A DNA stretch of 57,840 nt from positions 1 through 57,840 of the forward strand of contig CAMAXG010000001.1 in the NCBI GenBank assembly GCA_945862225.1, read 5' to 3'. Positions 9,050 to 18,257 of the stretch are shown piece after piece. The translations under genes and the position numbers were made by a program. The stretch comes from Thermoflexus hugenholtzii JAD2. GTDB taxonomy: Bacteria; Chloroflexota; Limnocylindria; Limnocylindrales; Limnocylindraceae. Under the pieces are notes generated by a model. It saw only the letters and a program-made list of their open reading frames with translations. It did no database searches and was not told where the DNA came from. The stretch's first letter is position 1, and every line of letters begins with the position of its first letter.

Positions 9050-10785
9050 CCCAACGCCCGCAACCGGCACGCCGACCCGCTGAGGCAAGGCGTCCCCAGG
9101 AGACCCGTCGCCCTCATAAGGCGGCCGCGGGTGGGCCAGCACTTCGCCTGATCCCGCTCGGCGGCATGGGGGAGATCGGGAAGAACCTCTACCTCTACGA
9201 GTACCAGGACACGATCATCCTCGTCGACTGCGGTCTCGCCTTCCCCGACGAGACCACCCTTGGCGTCGACATCATCATTCCTGACATCAGCTACCTCCGC
9301 GCACGACGCAGTGCCGTGAAGGCGGTCCTCATCACCCACGGGCACGAGGACCACGTCGGCGCGCTTCCGCACATCCTCCCTGAGCTCCCGGGGGTGCCCG
9401 TCTACGCCAGCACCCTCGCACGCGGGCTCCTTGCGAACAAGCTGAAAGAGTTCAAGGTCACCGCCAATCCGCTGCGCCCACTCGATCCAGGCGGCCGACT
9501 CGAGGTTGGTCCCTTCACGATCGAACCCTTCCGTGTCGGTCACTCCATCCCGGATGCGATGGGCTACGCAATCCATTCACCTGTTGGAACGGTGATCCAC
9601 ACCGGCGACTTCAAGTTTGACCAGACCCCAGCTGACGGAAAGACGGCAGACTTCGCCATGCTTGCAAAGTTCGGCGCACAGGGCGTGCTTGCGCTTGTGT
9701 CAGACAGCACGCGCGCTGAAGCTCCCGGATACACGCCGAGCGAGCAGGTTGTTGGTCAGGCGTTCAAGGGGATCATTAGCACCGCACCTGGTCGCGTCAT
9801 CATCGCGACCTTCGCTTCAAACATTGCTCGCATTCAGCAGGTGCTTGACGCGGCAGGGGAGTTCCACCGCAAGGTCGCCGTCGTTGGTCGCTCAATGGAG
9901 CAGAACGTCAAGATCGCACGCGACCTTGGCTATCTGAAGTTCCCAACCCCACTCCTTGCTAAAGAGGAGATCGCGCGCCGCACAAAGGAGCCGCTCGTGA
10001 TCGCCACCACTGGCGCACAGGGCGAGCCGATGGCCGGACTAGCGAAGATGGCGAATGGCGAACATCGCAACGTGGAGATTCAGAACGGCGATACCGTGAT
10101 CGTCTCTGCGTCACCGATTCCAGGCAACGAAGAGGCGGTTGGCCGAACGATCGATAATCTCTTCAAGTCTGGTGCGAACGTGATCTATCACTCCATTGCA
10201 CAGGTGCACGTCTCGGGTCACGCCTCGCAAGAGGAGCTGAAGATGATGCTGGCGCTCACCAAGCCGAAGTACTTCGTACCGATGCACGGTGAGATGCGCA
10301 TGCAGGTGGCCCATGGGCGACTTGCGACGCAAATGGGGGTGTCGCCATCTGCAGTGTTCATCATTGATAACGGCACGCCGGTTGAGTTCGCCGCTGACGG
10401 CAGCGCACGACGTGGCAAGCCGGTCGAGCATGGATCTGTCTTTGTTGATGGATCCTCGGTTGGCGAGATCAGTGAGATCGTTCTTCGCGATCGACGCACG
10501 CTTGCCGACGACGGCATCGTTGTGGTGATCGCCACCGTTGATGCGCGTACTGGCAAGCCTGTCGGTCGCCCAGCACTGGTTACTCGTGGATTCCTTAACG
10601 GCGACGAAGACAACAAGCTCGTTGAAGAGGCGATCACCATCGCTCTCAAGGCAATCCAGCACAAGGGTGAGCGCGGCGCAGAGGTGGGCCTAATCAAGGC
10701 GCAGCTCAGTGAATCAGTATCGAGATTCCTTGGCAAAGAGACGCGACGTCGCCCACTCGTGGTCCCTGTGGTGGTGGAGGTTTAA
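9046..10785 (+). CDS. rnj: Ribonuclease J
   Basis: MBL/beta-CASP protein of 579 aa. LRLIPLGGMGEIGKN and HGHEDHVGALP. ATGA overlap with the udg stop. Confidence 0.9.
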   Translation: MTQRPQPARRPAEARRPQETRRPHKAAAGGPALRLIPLGGMGEIGKNLYLYEYQDTIILVDCGLAFPDETTLGVDIIIPDISYLRARRSAVKAVLITHGHEDHVGALPHILPELPGVPVYASTLARGLLANKLKEFKVTANPLRPLDPGGRLEVGPFTIEPFRVGHSIPDAMGYAIHSPVGTVIHTGDFKFDQTPADGKTADFAMLAKFGAQGVLALVSDSTRAEAPGYTPSEQVVGQAFKGIISTAPGRVIIATFASNIARIQQVLDAAGEFHRKVAVVGRSMEQNVKIARDLGYLKFPTPLLAKEEIARRTKEPLVIATTGAQGEPMAGLAKMANGEHRNVEIQNGDTVIVSASPIPGNEEAVGRTIDNLFKSGANVIYHSIAQVHVSGHASQEELKMMLALTKPKYFVPMHGEMRMQVAHGRLATQMGVSPSAVFIIDNGTPVEFAADGSARRGKPVEHGSVFVDGSSVGEISEIVLRDRRTLADDGIVVVIATVDARTGKPVGRPALVTRGFLNGDEDNKLVEEAITIALKAIQHKGERGAEVGLIKAQLSESVSRFLGKETRRRPLVVPVVVEV

Positions 10786-10788
10786 GCG

Positions 10789-13101
10789 ATGGCTAAACGG
10801 GGAGGGGAGAGCACCGGTCGTCAGACGCGACGTGGTCCGCTGGCATCACGCTCAGCACTCCGTACGCTGCTTTCGCTCGCCTTTGCCGTAACAGGTGTCA
10901 TCTTTGCTGTCGGCCTGATCCTTCCGGGCCGCGGAGCCCTTGCCGACGTGCTTCGCGACGTGCTTGCACCGTGGTTTGGCGCTGGGCGCTGGCTCGTTCC
11001 AGTACTGCTCATCAGCTTCGCCGTCTGGATCGAACGACGATCCGCCTCCGCCTCACGGGTACCGCTGCGTATCGCCTTGTCACTGCTTGCCCTGGTCGGT
11101 CTGCTTGCGCTCGTTGAGATCGTCTTCCCAACCCACGGTGGCCGCATCGGGAGCATCGCTGGCGGGGGCGCTGCGAGCCTACTCACCGGCATTGGCGCGT
11201 TTGCAGCATGGATCGGGATCCTGATCGCGATCGGACTGATCCTCGCCGAGTCCACGGTGCGCAGTCTCCTTGCATTGCTTACAAGCCGATCAATCGATGG
11301 GACAAAGGTGCTCATGGCTGGAGCCGTTGCCGCTCTGGAGGCAGTGTTAAAGGGTATTCGTGAGTTTTTCTCTGCTAAGAAATCTTCGGGTGTCGGTGGT
11401 GGTGTCGGTCCCGGTGGTGGTGTCGGTGGTGGCGGCGGCGGTGGTGTCGGTCCCGGTGGTGGTGTCGGTGGTGGCGGCGGTGGTGGTGTCGGTCCCGGTG
11501 GTGTCGGTGGTGTCGGTGGCGTCCGTGGAGATGGTGTCGGTGGCGTCCGTGGAGATGGTGTCGGTGGTGTCCGTGGAGATGGTGTCGGTGGTGTCCGTGG
11601 CGGTGGCGGTTTATGGAATCTCCCCAGCGCCGAGATTCTTGATGCGCCTGGTAAGGCAGTGAGCCCGAACGCCAGCGTTCACCAGGCGAACGCCGCGATC
11701 ATCGTCCAGAAGCTCAGTGATCTTGGCATTGAGATCATCACGGTGACGGCCAATCCTGGCCCTGTCGTTACGCAGTACGAATTGACACCCGCACCGAATG
11801 TACGGATCAGCCGTATTGAAGGCCTCGGCGATGACCTTGCAATGGCACTGAGTGCCCGTTCTATTCGAATTGAAGCGCCAATCCCTGGCAAGGCCGTCGT
11901 CGGCATTGAGATCCCGAATCACGAGGCTGAAGCGATTCGCTTCAAACCACTTCTAGCACCGATTGATAAGGCCGGCGCCTGGACACCGAGCCAGGCTATT
12001 CCGTTTGCACTGGGTAAGGATGTTGGTGGTGCACCGCAGGTTCGCGATCTCGCCAGCATGCCGCACCTGCTGATCGCAGGGGCAACGGGGTCAGGCAAGA
12101 GCGTGATGGTCAACGCCATCATCACCTCGTTCCTCTTCGCTCGAACCCCTCAAGAGTTGCGCATGATCTTGGTCGACCCGAAGCGCGTTGAGCTATCCGG
12201 ATACAACGATCTGCCGCACCTGCTCGTTCCGGTGATCACCGAATCGGATAAGGCCGCCTCTGCATTGAAGTGGGCAGTTCTCGAGATGGAGAACCGCTAC
12301 CGCATGTTCGCAAGCGCTGGTGCTCGCAATCTTGAGGGTTACAACTCCAGTCGCGAGGATGTCAACGATCGAATGTATTCAATCGTGATCATCATTGATG
12401 AGCTCGCTGACCTCATGATGCAGGATGGACGCGAGACAGAGGAGTCAATCGTACGGATTGCGCAGAAGGCCCGCGCCACTGGCATCCATTTGATCCTCGC
12501 CACGCAGCGACCTTCGGTCAATGTTGTTACTGGGTTGATCAAAGCGAACATTCCAAGCCGAATTGCCTTCTCTATGGCCAGCCAAATTGATTCGCGCACT
12601 GTGCTCGATGCGCCAGGAGCCGAAGACCTGATTGGCCGCGGCGACATGCTCTTCCAGCCATCAGATGCGCCAAAGCCAACGCGCATGCAAGGAGTCTTCG
12701 TCTCAGATCGTGAGATCAACGCTGTGGTTACTCACTGGCGCGATCAAGGGCTCCCAGATTATCAACTGGGAATCGTCGCCTCGGCAGAGCGCAGCAGCGG
12801 TGGTGGGGCCGACCGAGGTCGCGACGATGAGCCGGCGGATCGCCTCTTTGATGAGGCGGTGCAGGTTGTTGCCGAGCATGACCGCGCCTCTGCATCGCTC
12901 CTGCAGCGCCGCCTCCGCATTGGCTATGCGCGAGCCGCCCGAATCATTGACCAACTAGAAGAGAAGGGCTACATCGGATCTTTTGACGGCTCGACCGCAC
13001 GCGTGGTGAATCGCGACAAGATCGCCGCTGACGCAACCGGCGCCAATGGTGGCAGCACAGGTGGAACGAGTGCAGCGGGGGAGACAGGGGAGGACGCTTA
13101 A
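10789..13101 (+). CDS. ftsK: DNA translocase FtsK/SpoIIIE
   Basis: N-terminal TM segments and a Gly/Val linker. Motor domain with GATGSGKSV Walker A and IIIDELADLM Walker B. C-terminal gamma winged helix (LLQRRLRIGYARAARIIDQLEEKGYI). Confidence 0.9.
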   Translation: MAKRGGESTGRQTRRGPLASRSALRTLLSLAFAVTGVIFAVGLILPGRGALADVLRDVLAPWFGAGRWLVPVLLISFAVWIERRSASASRVPLRIALSLLALVGLLALVEIVFPTHGGRIGSIAGGGAASLLTGIGAFAAWIGILIAIGLILAESTVRSLLALLTSRSIDGTKVLMAGAVAALEAVLKGIREFFSAKKSSGVGGGVGPGGGVGGGGGGGVGPGGGVGGGGGGGVGPGGVGGVGGVRGDGVGGVRGDGVGGVRGDGVGGVRGGGGLWNLPSAEILDAPGKAVSPNASVHQANAAIIVQKLSDLGIEIITVTANPGPVVTQYELTPAPNVRISRIEGLGDDLAMALSARSIRIEAPIPGKAVVGIEIPNHEAEAIRFKPLLAPIDKAGAWTPSQAIPFALGKDVGGAPQVRDLASMPHLLIAGATGSGKSVMVNAIITSFLFARTPQELRMILVDPKRVELSGYNDLPHLLVPVITESDKAASALKWAVLEMENRYRMFASAGARNLEGYNSSREDVNDRMYSIVIIIDELADLMMQDGRETEESIVRIAQKARATGIHLILATQRPSVNVVTGLIKANIPSRIAFSMASQIDSRTVLDAPGAEDLIGRGDMLFQPSDAPKPTRMQGVFVSDREINAVVTHWRDQGLPDYQLGIVASAERSSGGGADRGRDDEPADRLFDEAVQVVAEHDRASASLLQRRLRIGYARAARIIDQLEEKGYIGSFDGSTARVVNRDKIAADATGANGGSTGGTSAAGETGEDA
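11389..11610 (+). repeat. In-frame tandem repeats encoding the FtsK linker (42-nt GVGPGGGVGGGGGG units, 24-nt GVGGVRGD units)
   Basis: Direct reading: ggtgtcggtcccggtggtggtgtcggtggtggcggcggcggt x2 plus a partial copy, then ggtgtcggtggcgtccgtggagat x3 plus a degenerate copy. Confidence 0.85.
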
Positions 13102-13104
13102 CTC

Positions 13105-14424
13105 ATGAGCGATCAGCTGCCCCTCACTCCCCAGGAACCAGGACTATCTGAAGATGTTGCACAACAGGCCCCGAGCATCGGTGATCGACTTCGCCAAGCT
13201 CGTGAGCGACGTGGTGTAAGCATCGCCGAAGCGTCTGCGACGCTTAAGATTCGGGCTCCGATCCTGGAGGCGTTTGAACGCGAGGACCATGCCCAGCTAC
13301 CGCCACGTGTCTACGCACTCGGGCAACTCCGGACCTACGCCGCCTACCTAGGGCTCGACCCGGCCACTGTTGCCGCTGGGTGGCAAGGTCCACCAGCGCC
13401 CGAAGGACCCGCTCCCACCCCTTCGCAGTCAGCGACATCAACGTTCGAACGCTTTGCCACGCTGCGTCCGAGTGTCATTCGCTCAACGCGTGGGCTGTTG
13501 GCGATCGGCGGGCTAGGGCTCGCGGTGCTGGCCATCAGCGGGTTTATGGTGCTCCAGCTGCTGCGCTTCATCCTGCCTCCCTCAATCGCGATCACCTATC
13601 CAATCGAGGCGGTCAGCAACCTCGAGCCAGGGACGCTCTCGTATGAAATCAAGGGAACGGCTGACGCCCGCGCCAGCATTGTCATCAATACGAGTGCTGG
13701 GGCACAGCTAACAACGCAAGCCGATGAGAGTGGCCTCTGGAGCCTTATCGTCCCTCTCGGCACTGGGCGCACGGAGATTGTTGCCAACTCTGTGAAGCCT
13801 GGTACTGGCGGCGGATCGAGCACGACAGCGGAGCGTGTGTTCGTGGTGGCGCTGCCCGATAAGGTGGCCCCCGAAATCACCGTAACGCAACCGTCCGCCA
13901 GCCTCGCCATTGTGGACGGTGACGTGCCGATCTCGCTCGTCACCACCCCGAACTCCGAGGTTGCGATCACTGCAACGGATACCGCAGGAGGGCTGATCGC
14001 CTCGACGCTCACGAGCGACGCAACTGGGGCCGTCGCTGGGGGGATCGCCCTTCCGGCGGGGCGCTGGACCTTGAGCTTCAGCGTCACCACAGCCGACGGC
14101 GCGCTCGGACAGGCCACGCGCACGGTGGACGTCTCGTTCAGCGGGGTGACGGTGAGCGTCACCGGCGGCACATCCTCCACATGGATTCGTGTCTGGGTAG
14201 ATGGCCAGCTCGACCCCACGATTAGCGTTTCGGGGAAGACCATGGCTCCTGGAGCACGGCTCATCTTTACGGGGGCAAAGCGTATTGATATCCGGAGCGG
14301 TGATCCCTCTGCCCTTCTATTCACGCTCAACGGGCGTACCATAAGTGAGATTGGGAGCGGCACAGGAGCCGAAACCTACGCCTTCCTCAGCACGGGGAAG
14401 GTGCAGAAGTCATCAAGGAGGTAG
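13105..14424 (+). CDS. RodZ-like membrane protein (N-terminal XRE-type HTH, one TM, extracytoplasmic beta-rich repeats, DUF4115-like C-terminus)
   Basis: HTH IGDRLRQARERRGVSIAEASATLKIR. TM LLAIGGLGLAVLAISGFMVL. C-terminal WIRVWVDGQLD...LFTLNG resembles DUF4115. Confidence 0.6.
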   Translation: MSDQLPLTPQEPGLSEDVAQQAPSIGDRLRQARERRGVSIAEASATLKIRAPILEAFEREDHAQLPPRVYALGQLRTYAAYLGLDPATVAAGWQGPPAPEGPAPTPSQSATSTFERFATLRPSVIRSTRGLLAIGGLGLAVLAISGFMVLQLLRFILPPSIAITYPIEAVSNLEPGTLSYEIKGTADARASIVINTSAGAQLTTQADESGLWSLIVPLGTGRTEIVANSVKPGTGGGSSTTAERVFVVALPDKVAPEITVTQPSASLAIVDGDVPISLVTTPNSEVAITATDTAGGLIASTLTSDATGAVAGGIALPAGRWTLSFSVTTADGALGQATRTVDVSFSGVTVSVTGGTSSTWIRVWVDGQLDPTISVSGKTMAPGARLIFTGAKRIDIRSGDPSALLFTLNGRTISEIGSGTGAETYAFLSTGKVQKSSRR

Positions 14425-14427
14425 CGC

Positions 14428-14919
14428 ATGGCAGCCGATAACTCATTTGACGTCGTATCCGAATACGACGAGCAAGAGCTCAAGAATGCCCTCGACCAGA
14501 CCCGGCGAGAGATTGCAACGCGATACGACTTTCGCGATGCCACCGCCGAAATCAAAGAGGAGAAGGGTGAACTGATCATTCGCGTCGACGGTGACCTACG
14601 GCTGAAAGCCCTCCGTGACATCCTCGAATCGAAGTCGGTGAAGCGTGGCATTGACCTGCGAACCTACGACTGGGGGAAGGCTGAGGCCGCCGGTGGGGAT
14701 ACCCTTCGCGTGCACGTCAAGCTGCGCAAGGGCCTTGACGATGTTGCTGCGAAGAAGATTGCCAAGTTCATTCGCGACACCTTCCCAAAGGTGAAGACCC
14801 AAATCCAAGGTGAGGCGGTGCGTGTGACCGGCAAGTCGCGCGACGAGCTGCAAGAGGTGATGACGAGCCTCAAGGATCTCGATGTTGAGCGACCGTTGCA
14901 GTTTGAGAACTATCGGTAG
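14428..14919 (+). CDS. yajQ: YajQ family nucleotide-binding protein (UPF0234)
   Basis: 163 aa. N-terminal SFDVVSEYDEQELKNALDQ is characteristic of YajQ. Confidence 0.85.
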   Translation: MAADNSFDVVSEYDEQELKNALDQTRREIATRYDFRDATAEIKEEKGELIIRVDGDLRLKALRDILESKSVKRGIDLRTYDWGKAEAAGGDTLRVHVKLRKGLDDVAAKKIAKFIRDTFPKVKTQIQGEAVRVTGKSRDELQEVMTSLKDLDVERPLQFENYR

Positions 14920-14922
14920 CCT

Positions 14923-16470
14923 GTGACCCGCTCAATTAGCGATATCGCTGCTGGGTTAGAGCCATCTCGTGCAGGGAGCCCGCTCCTGCCAGGGTCGCGT
15001 CTGCACATCATTGGAGTCGGCGGTACTGCGGCACTTGCGGCGGCACTGCACGCCAAGGCACTCGGACTAAGCGTTTCAGGGTACGACCAGGCTCTGACGG
15101 GGGAGTCAGCGGCGATCCTTTCACAGGCAGGGATTCCAGTCGGATCTGCAGCGAGTCCTGAGGTTCTACAGAGCTGTACGGCGCTCAACGCCGAGAGCAC
15201 AGTCGCGATCTCAAAGGCGATTACCAGCACCCAGCCGAATCACCCTGAGGTGCTTTTGGCACGCGGAGCAGGTGCTCGCGCGGTTTCTGTGCAGCAGGTG
15301 ATCGCAGATGCTGCAGCAACGCGTGGCGGACTACTCATTGGCGTCGGCGGTACACACGGCAAAACAACCTCAACCGGATGGGTTCTCGACGCGCTAGTTC
15401 GTTCTGGCGTCAACCCGTCAGCCTTTGTGGGTGGCCCACTTGCCGCAGAGCTGGGCACAGCTGCAGGTTCACCGGTGCACATCAGCGGCGAGCCTGGCTT
15501 TCTCGTTGAGGCTGACGAGTATGGTGGCAACTTTGACACTTACCACGCTGACCGCGCACTCATTCTCAATGTCGATTGGGATCATCCCGACATCTTTGCG
15601 GACCGCCAGGCTGCGGTAGAGACGTTTGCGCGCTGGGCAACATATCCGGCGACGAGCGGTGCAATCTTCATTAATAGCGGGGATCAGGGCGGCGCTGAGC
15701 TCGCAGCGCTCCTCGCTGCAGGCGAGCATCACAACGTCTACACCTTTGCTACCTCAAGCCTGGCGGGCGCACAGGGGGCAGACCTCATCGCTGACGTTAC
15801 GTCGCGTGGGGCGGGAGCCTTCTCAATCACCGTACGCCACCTCTCTGACCGCGCTGCAGCTGCGGCACCGGCACTTCGCGCTCTCCTTGATCGCGAGTTG
15901 CCAATCGGGCTTCTAGGTGCACACAACGCGTCGAATGGCCTTGGCGTTGCCGCGCTCGCAGCGAGTGCTGGCGGTAGCGCCGATGGCATCGCGCGATCAC
16001 TTGCCACTTTTGAAGGTGTCGGTCGGCGTATGGAGGTGCGCTATGACCGCGGCTCCATCACCGTCCTTGATGACTACGGCCATCACCCGACCGCCATTGA
16101 CGCCACGATGGAGACGGTTCGTCAGCGATATCCCGGCCGAACGCTTCTCCTCGCAATTGAGCCACTGACATATCACCGTACCGCTGCGCTGCTGGAAGGC
16201 CTGGCGCAGTCGTGCAGTGCTGCAGACCGAGTTGCGGTCGCCGAGATCTTCGCCGTGCGCGACCTCGACACCACGAGCGTTTCGGCCGCCGACCTTGCCG
16301 AACGGATCGCAGCCATGGGCACACCCGCCACCGCGCCAGGAACCGTCCTCGAGACCGCGGCAGCCCTCCTCCCGAGCATCACCCCTGGGACAGTGGTCCT
16401 GGTGATGGGCGGCGGGCGATCGACTGAGCTTGCAGCCGCGCTGGCCCGAGGACTCACGGCCGCGTCGTAA
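14923..16470 (+). CDS. Mur ligase family protein (MurC / Mpl-like)
   Basis: HIIGVGGTAALAAALHAKALGLSVSGYD (MurC-type N-domain). GVGGTHGKTTSTGW P-loop. DDYGHHPTAI. It lies outside any visible dcw cluster, so murC versus mpl is unresolved. Confidence 0.65.
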   Translation: MTRSISDIAAGLEPSRAGSPLLPGSRLHIIGVGGTAALAAALHAKALGLSVSGYDQALTGESAAILSQAGIPVGSAASPEVLQSCTALNAESTVAISKAITSTQPNHPEVLLARGAGARAVSVQQVIADAAATRGGLLIGVGGTHGKTTSTGWVLDALVRSGVNPSAFVGGPLAAELGTAAGSPVHISGEPGFLVEADEYGGNFDTYHADRALILNVDWDHPDIFADRQAAVETFARWATYPATSGAIFINSGDQGGAELAALLAAGEHHNVYTFATSSLAGAQGADLIADVTSRGAGAFSITVRHLSDRAAAAAPALRALLDRELPIGLLGAHNASNGLGVAALAASAGGSADGIARSLATFEGVGRRMEVRYDRGSITVLDDYGHHPTAIDATMETVRQRYPGRTLLLAIEPLTYHRTAALLEGLAQSCSAADRVAVAEIFAVRDLDTTSVSAADLAERIAAMGTPATAPGTVLETAAALLPSITPGTVVLVMGGGRSTELAAALARGLTAAS

Positions 16471-16497
16471 CGAGCCCGCGTGGGGCAGGGGAGGGGC

Positions 16498-18108
16498 CTA
16501 GGCGCCTTCCGGTGAGCCAGCGGCTGCATCAGGGCCTGGCGGCGGCTGCGTTGCAGCTGTAGCGGCGAGCGCTTTCGCCTCATCGCTCTCGGGACGCGCA
16601 AAGAGGGGATGACCATCGGAGGTTAAGCAGCGTCCCGTTGCCAGATCCCACTGCCACCCATGGATGCTGCAGGTCAACGTCTCGCCGTCGGTGGTTCCGA
16701 AGCGGGTGAGGTCGGCCTTCATATGCGGGCAGCGGCGCTGGATCTGCCAGCCGGTCAGGTCGAACGTCCCCTCCGTTGGGCCGTTCTCGGCATAGAAGCC
16801 TTCGGCGTACTGGATCCGTGCCGTGGAGAGGCACTTAAACCAGGTGTAGACGTAGTCGTTATAGGCACCTTTGCGCCACGCTGAGAAGCGCAGCGAGAGG
16901 AAGAGGCTGTTGACCCAGTCATCGGTGCGCGTGCGTACCAGGTGGTCCAAGAGGTAGCGGGGGATCGTGAACCGGAAGTCCACCTCTCGGCCATCATCGG
17001 CAACGACGGAACGCTCCGGGAAGTCGAGGATGATTGCCTCGTCATCGGTCTGAATCTTGATCGCGGTGCCGATTCCGTCACAGACACGTGGGCCGAGTGC
17101 CATGAGTGGCTCGAGCCAGGCCTTCAGCTCTGGTACGAGGTTGCTCCGAGCTCCAGCCCACGACGCTTTCTCCGCTGCAATGACAGGAGCCATGTCGGCT
17201 GCGTATCTGCGCAAATACACCTCTTTGTTCGCAAAGACATCCTGCACAGACAGATCACCCTGTAAATGCTGCACGTTGAAGATTCCGTCAGCATTGAACT
17301 CTCCAACGCTCCCCGGGAGCATCAGAACGGCCGCCTGACCCTCAGCCTGCAGGCGCTCAACCATGAAGCGCTGGTCGGGGAAGATCGAATCATCGGCGTC
17401 GTTGACGTCATTCCAGCGGAAGAGCTCGTCATCGAGGAAGCAGGGGGGTCCCGCAGAGGGGATTACCACGCGAGGTGAAATGATCTCGACGTAGCGGGCT
17501 GCACGCGTGAACTGTGCGGCGCGTTTCTTCTTGGCAAGCGCTTCAGCGGCCTTCGCCGGCATCTCATAGACCATCGGGTACCAGATCGCACCGCTGAACT
17601 GCAGGAGGCAGATATCGATTGCGCCCTGCACCAGAAGCCGATCGGGGTCTGTGGGGCGGCTGTCATTGAGGTTCAGGAGGCGCTCTACGCCGTCGTCGAT
17701 GAGCAGCGCGGAATCACCAATGGGGCCGTCTGTGGGGGCTGTGAGGGCCTCCACGACGATGCTGAGGCCACCGTGGCGCACAGGAACGCCCGCTTGCGTC
17801 TCGATGAACGTATGGAATCCGAGCCCCTGGAGGGCCTCTTTGAGCTCCGGAAGCGGGTAGGCGGGGAGGATAACCACCGCATCCTTGTTGCAGTAGGCCT
17901 TGAGCCACTCAGGGTCGAAGTGGTCTCGATGCAGATGGCTGATGTACAGGTAATCAGTGGCTCCAAGGGCGGCATGGTCGAGCTTGTCGTTTCGTGGGTA
18001 TGGGAACCAGCCCGCGTAATACGCAGGGTTGAACCAGGGGTCGCACAAGATTGAGCCGTGCGCGGTGTGGATCTTGACTCCGGCCTGGGCGATGAACTCA
18101 ATCCGCAT
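16498..18108 (-). CDS. Fusion protein: N-terminal metallo-beta-lactamase fold, middle region of unknown function, C-terminal Rieske [2Fe-2S] domain
   Basis: HLHRDH (HxHxDH) near the N-terminus. C-terminal CPH-x17-CSIH Rieske motif (RRCPHMKADLTRFGTTDGETLTCSIHGWQWDL). Confidence 0.75.
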   Translation of the reverse strand: MRIEFIAQAGVKIHTAHGSILCDPWFNPAYYAGWFPYPRNDKLDHAALGATDYLYISHLHRDHFDPEWLKAYCNKDAVVILPAYPLPELKEALQGLGFHTFIETQAGVPVRHGGLSIVVEALTAPTDGPIGDSALLIDDGVERLLNLNDSRPTDPDRLLVQGAIDICLLQFSGAIWYPMVYEMPAKAAEALAKKKRAAQFTRAARYVEIISPRVVIPSAGPPCFLDDELFRWNDVNDADDSIFPDQRFMVERLQAEGQAAVLMLPGSVGEFNADGIFNVQHLQGDLSVQDVFANKEVYLRRYAADMAPVIAAEKASWAGARSNLVPELKAWLEPLMALGPRVCDGIGTAIKIQTDDEAIILDFPERSVVADDGREVDFRFTIPRYLLDHLVRTRTDDWVNSLFLSLRFSAWRKGAYNDYVYTWFKCLSTARIQYAEGFYAENGPTEGTFDLTGWQIQRRCPHMKADLTRFGTTDGETLTCSIHGWQWDLATGRCLTSDGHPLFARPESDEAKALAATAATQPPPGPDAAAGSPEGA

Positions 18109-18257
18109 GGGTGGAGGATAGCGACGTTCTGTGCTCAGCGCCCAGCCTGCTTCGTCACATAACTATCATTATCGGAACCAAGATAAAGGGAGCCGCAGAA
18201 CGGAGCCTCTTCCTGTAACTGTCCCCTCTGGCAGGTGCGCCAGGGTGAACTCTTGGC

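Noticed and set aside
11389-11610. The repeat array considered as a CRISPR-like or minisatellite non-coding element, and the three RGD tripeptides considered as adhesion motifs.
   Set aside because: The repeats are contiguous with no spacers, stay in the ftsK frame, and encode the cytoplasmic linker. RGD arises trivially from the repeated GVGGVRGD unit in a cytoplasmic segment, so an integrin-type role is implausible.
18109-18257. The AT-richer 149-nt spacer between hflX and the MBL-Rieske gene, examined for a terminator hairpin or small RNA.
   Set aside because: The apparent repeat GGAGCC-N7-GGAGCC is direct rather than inverted, so it forms no stem. No convincing hairpin, -35/-10 pair or ORF could be supported. 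It is probably just the promoter region of the MBL-Rieske gene.
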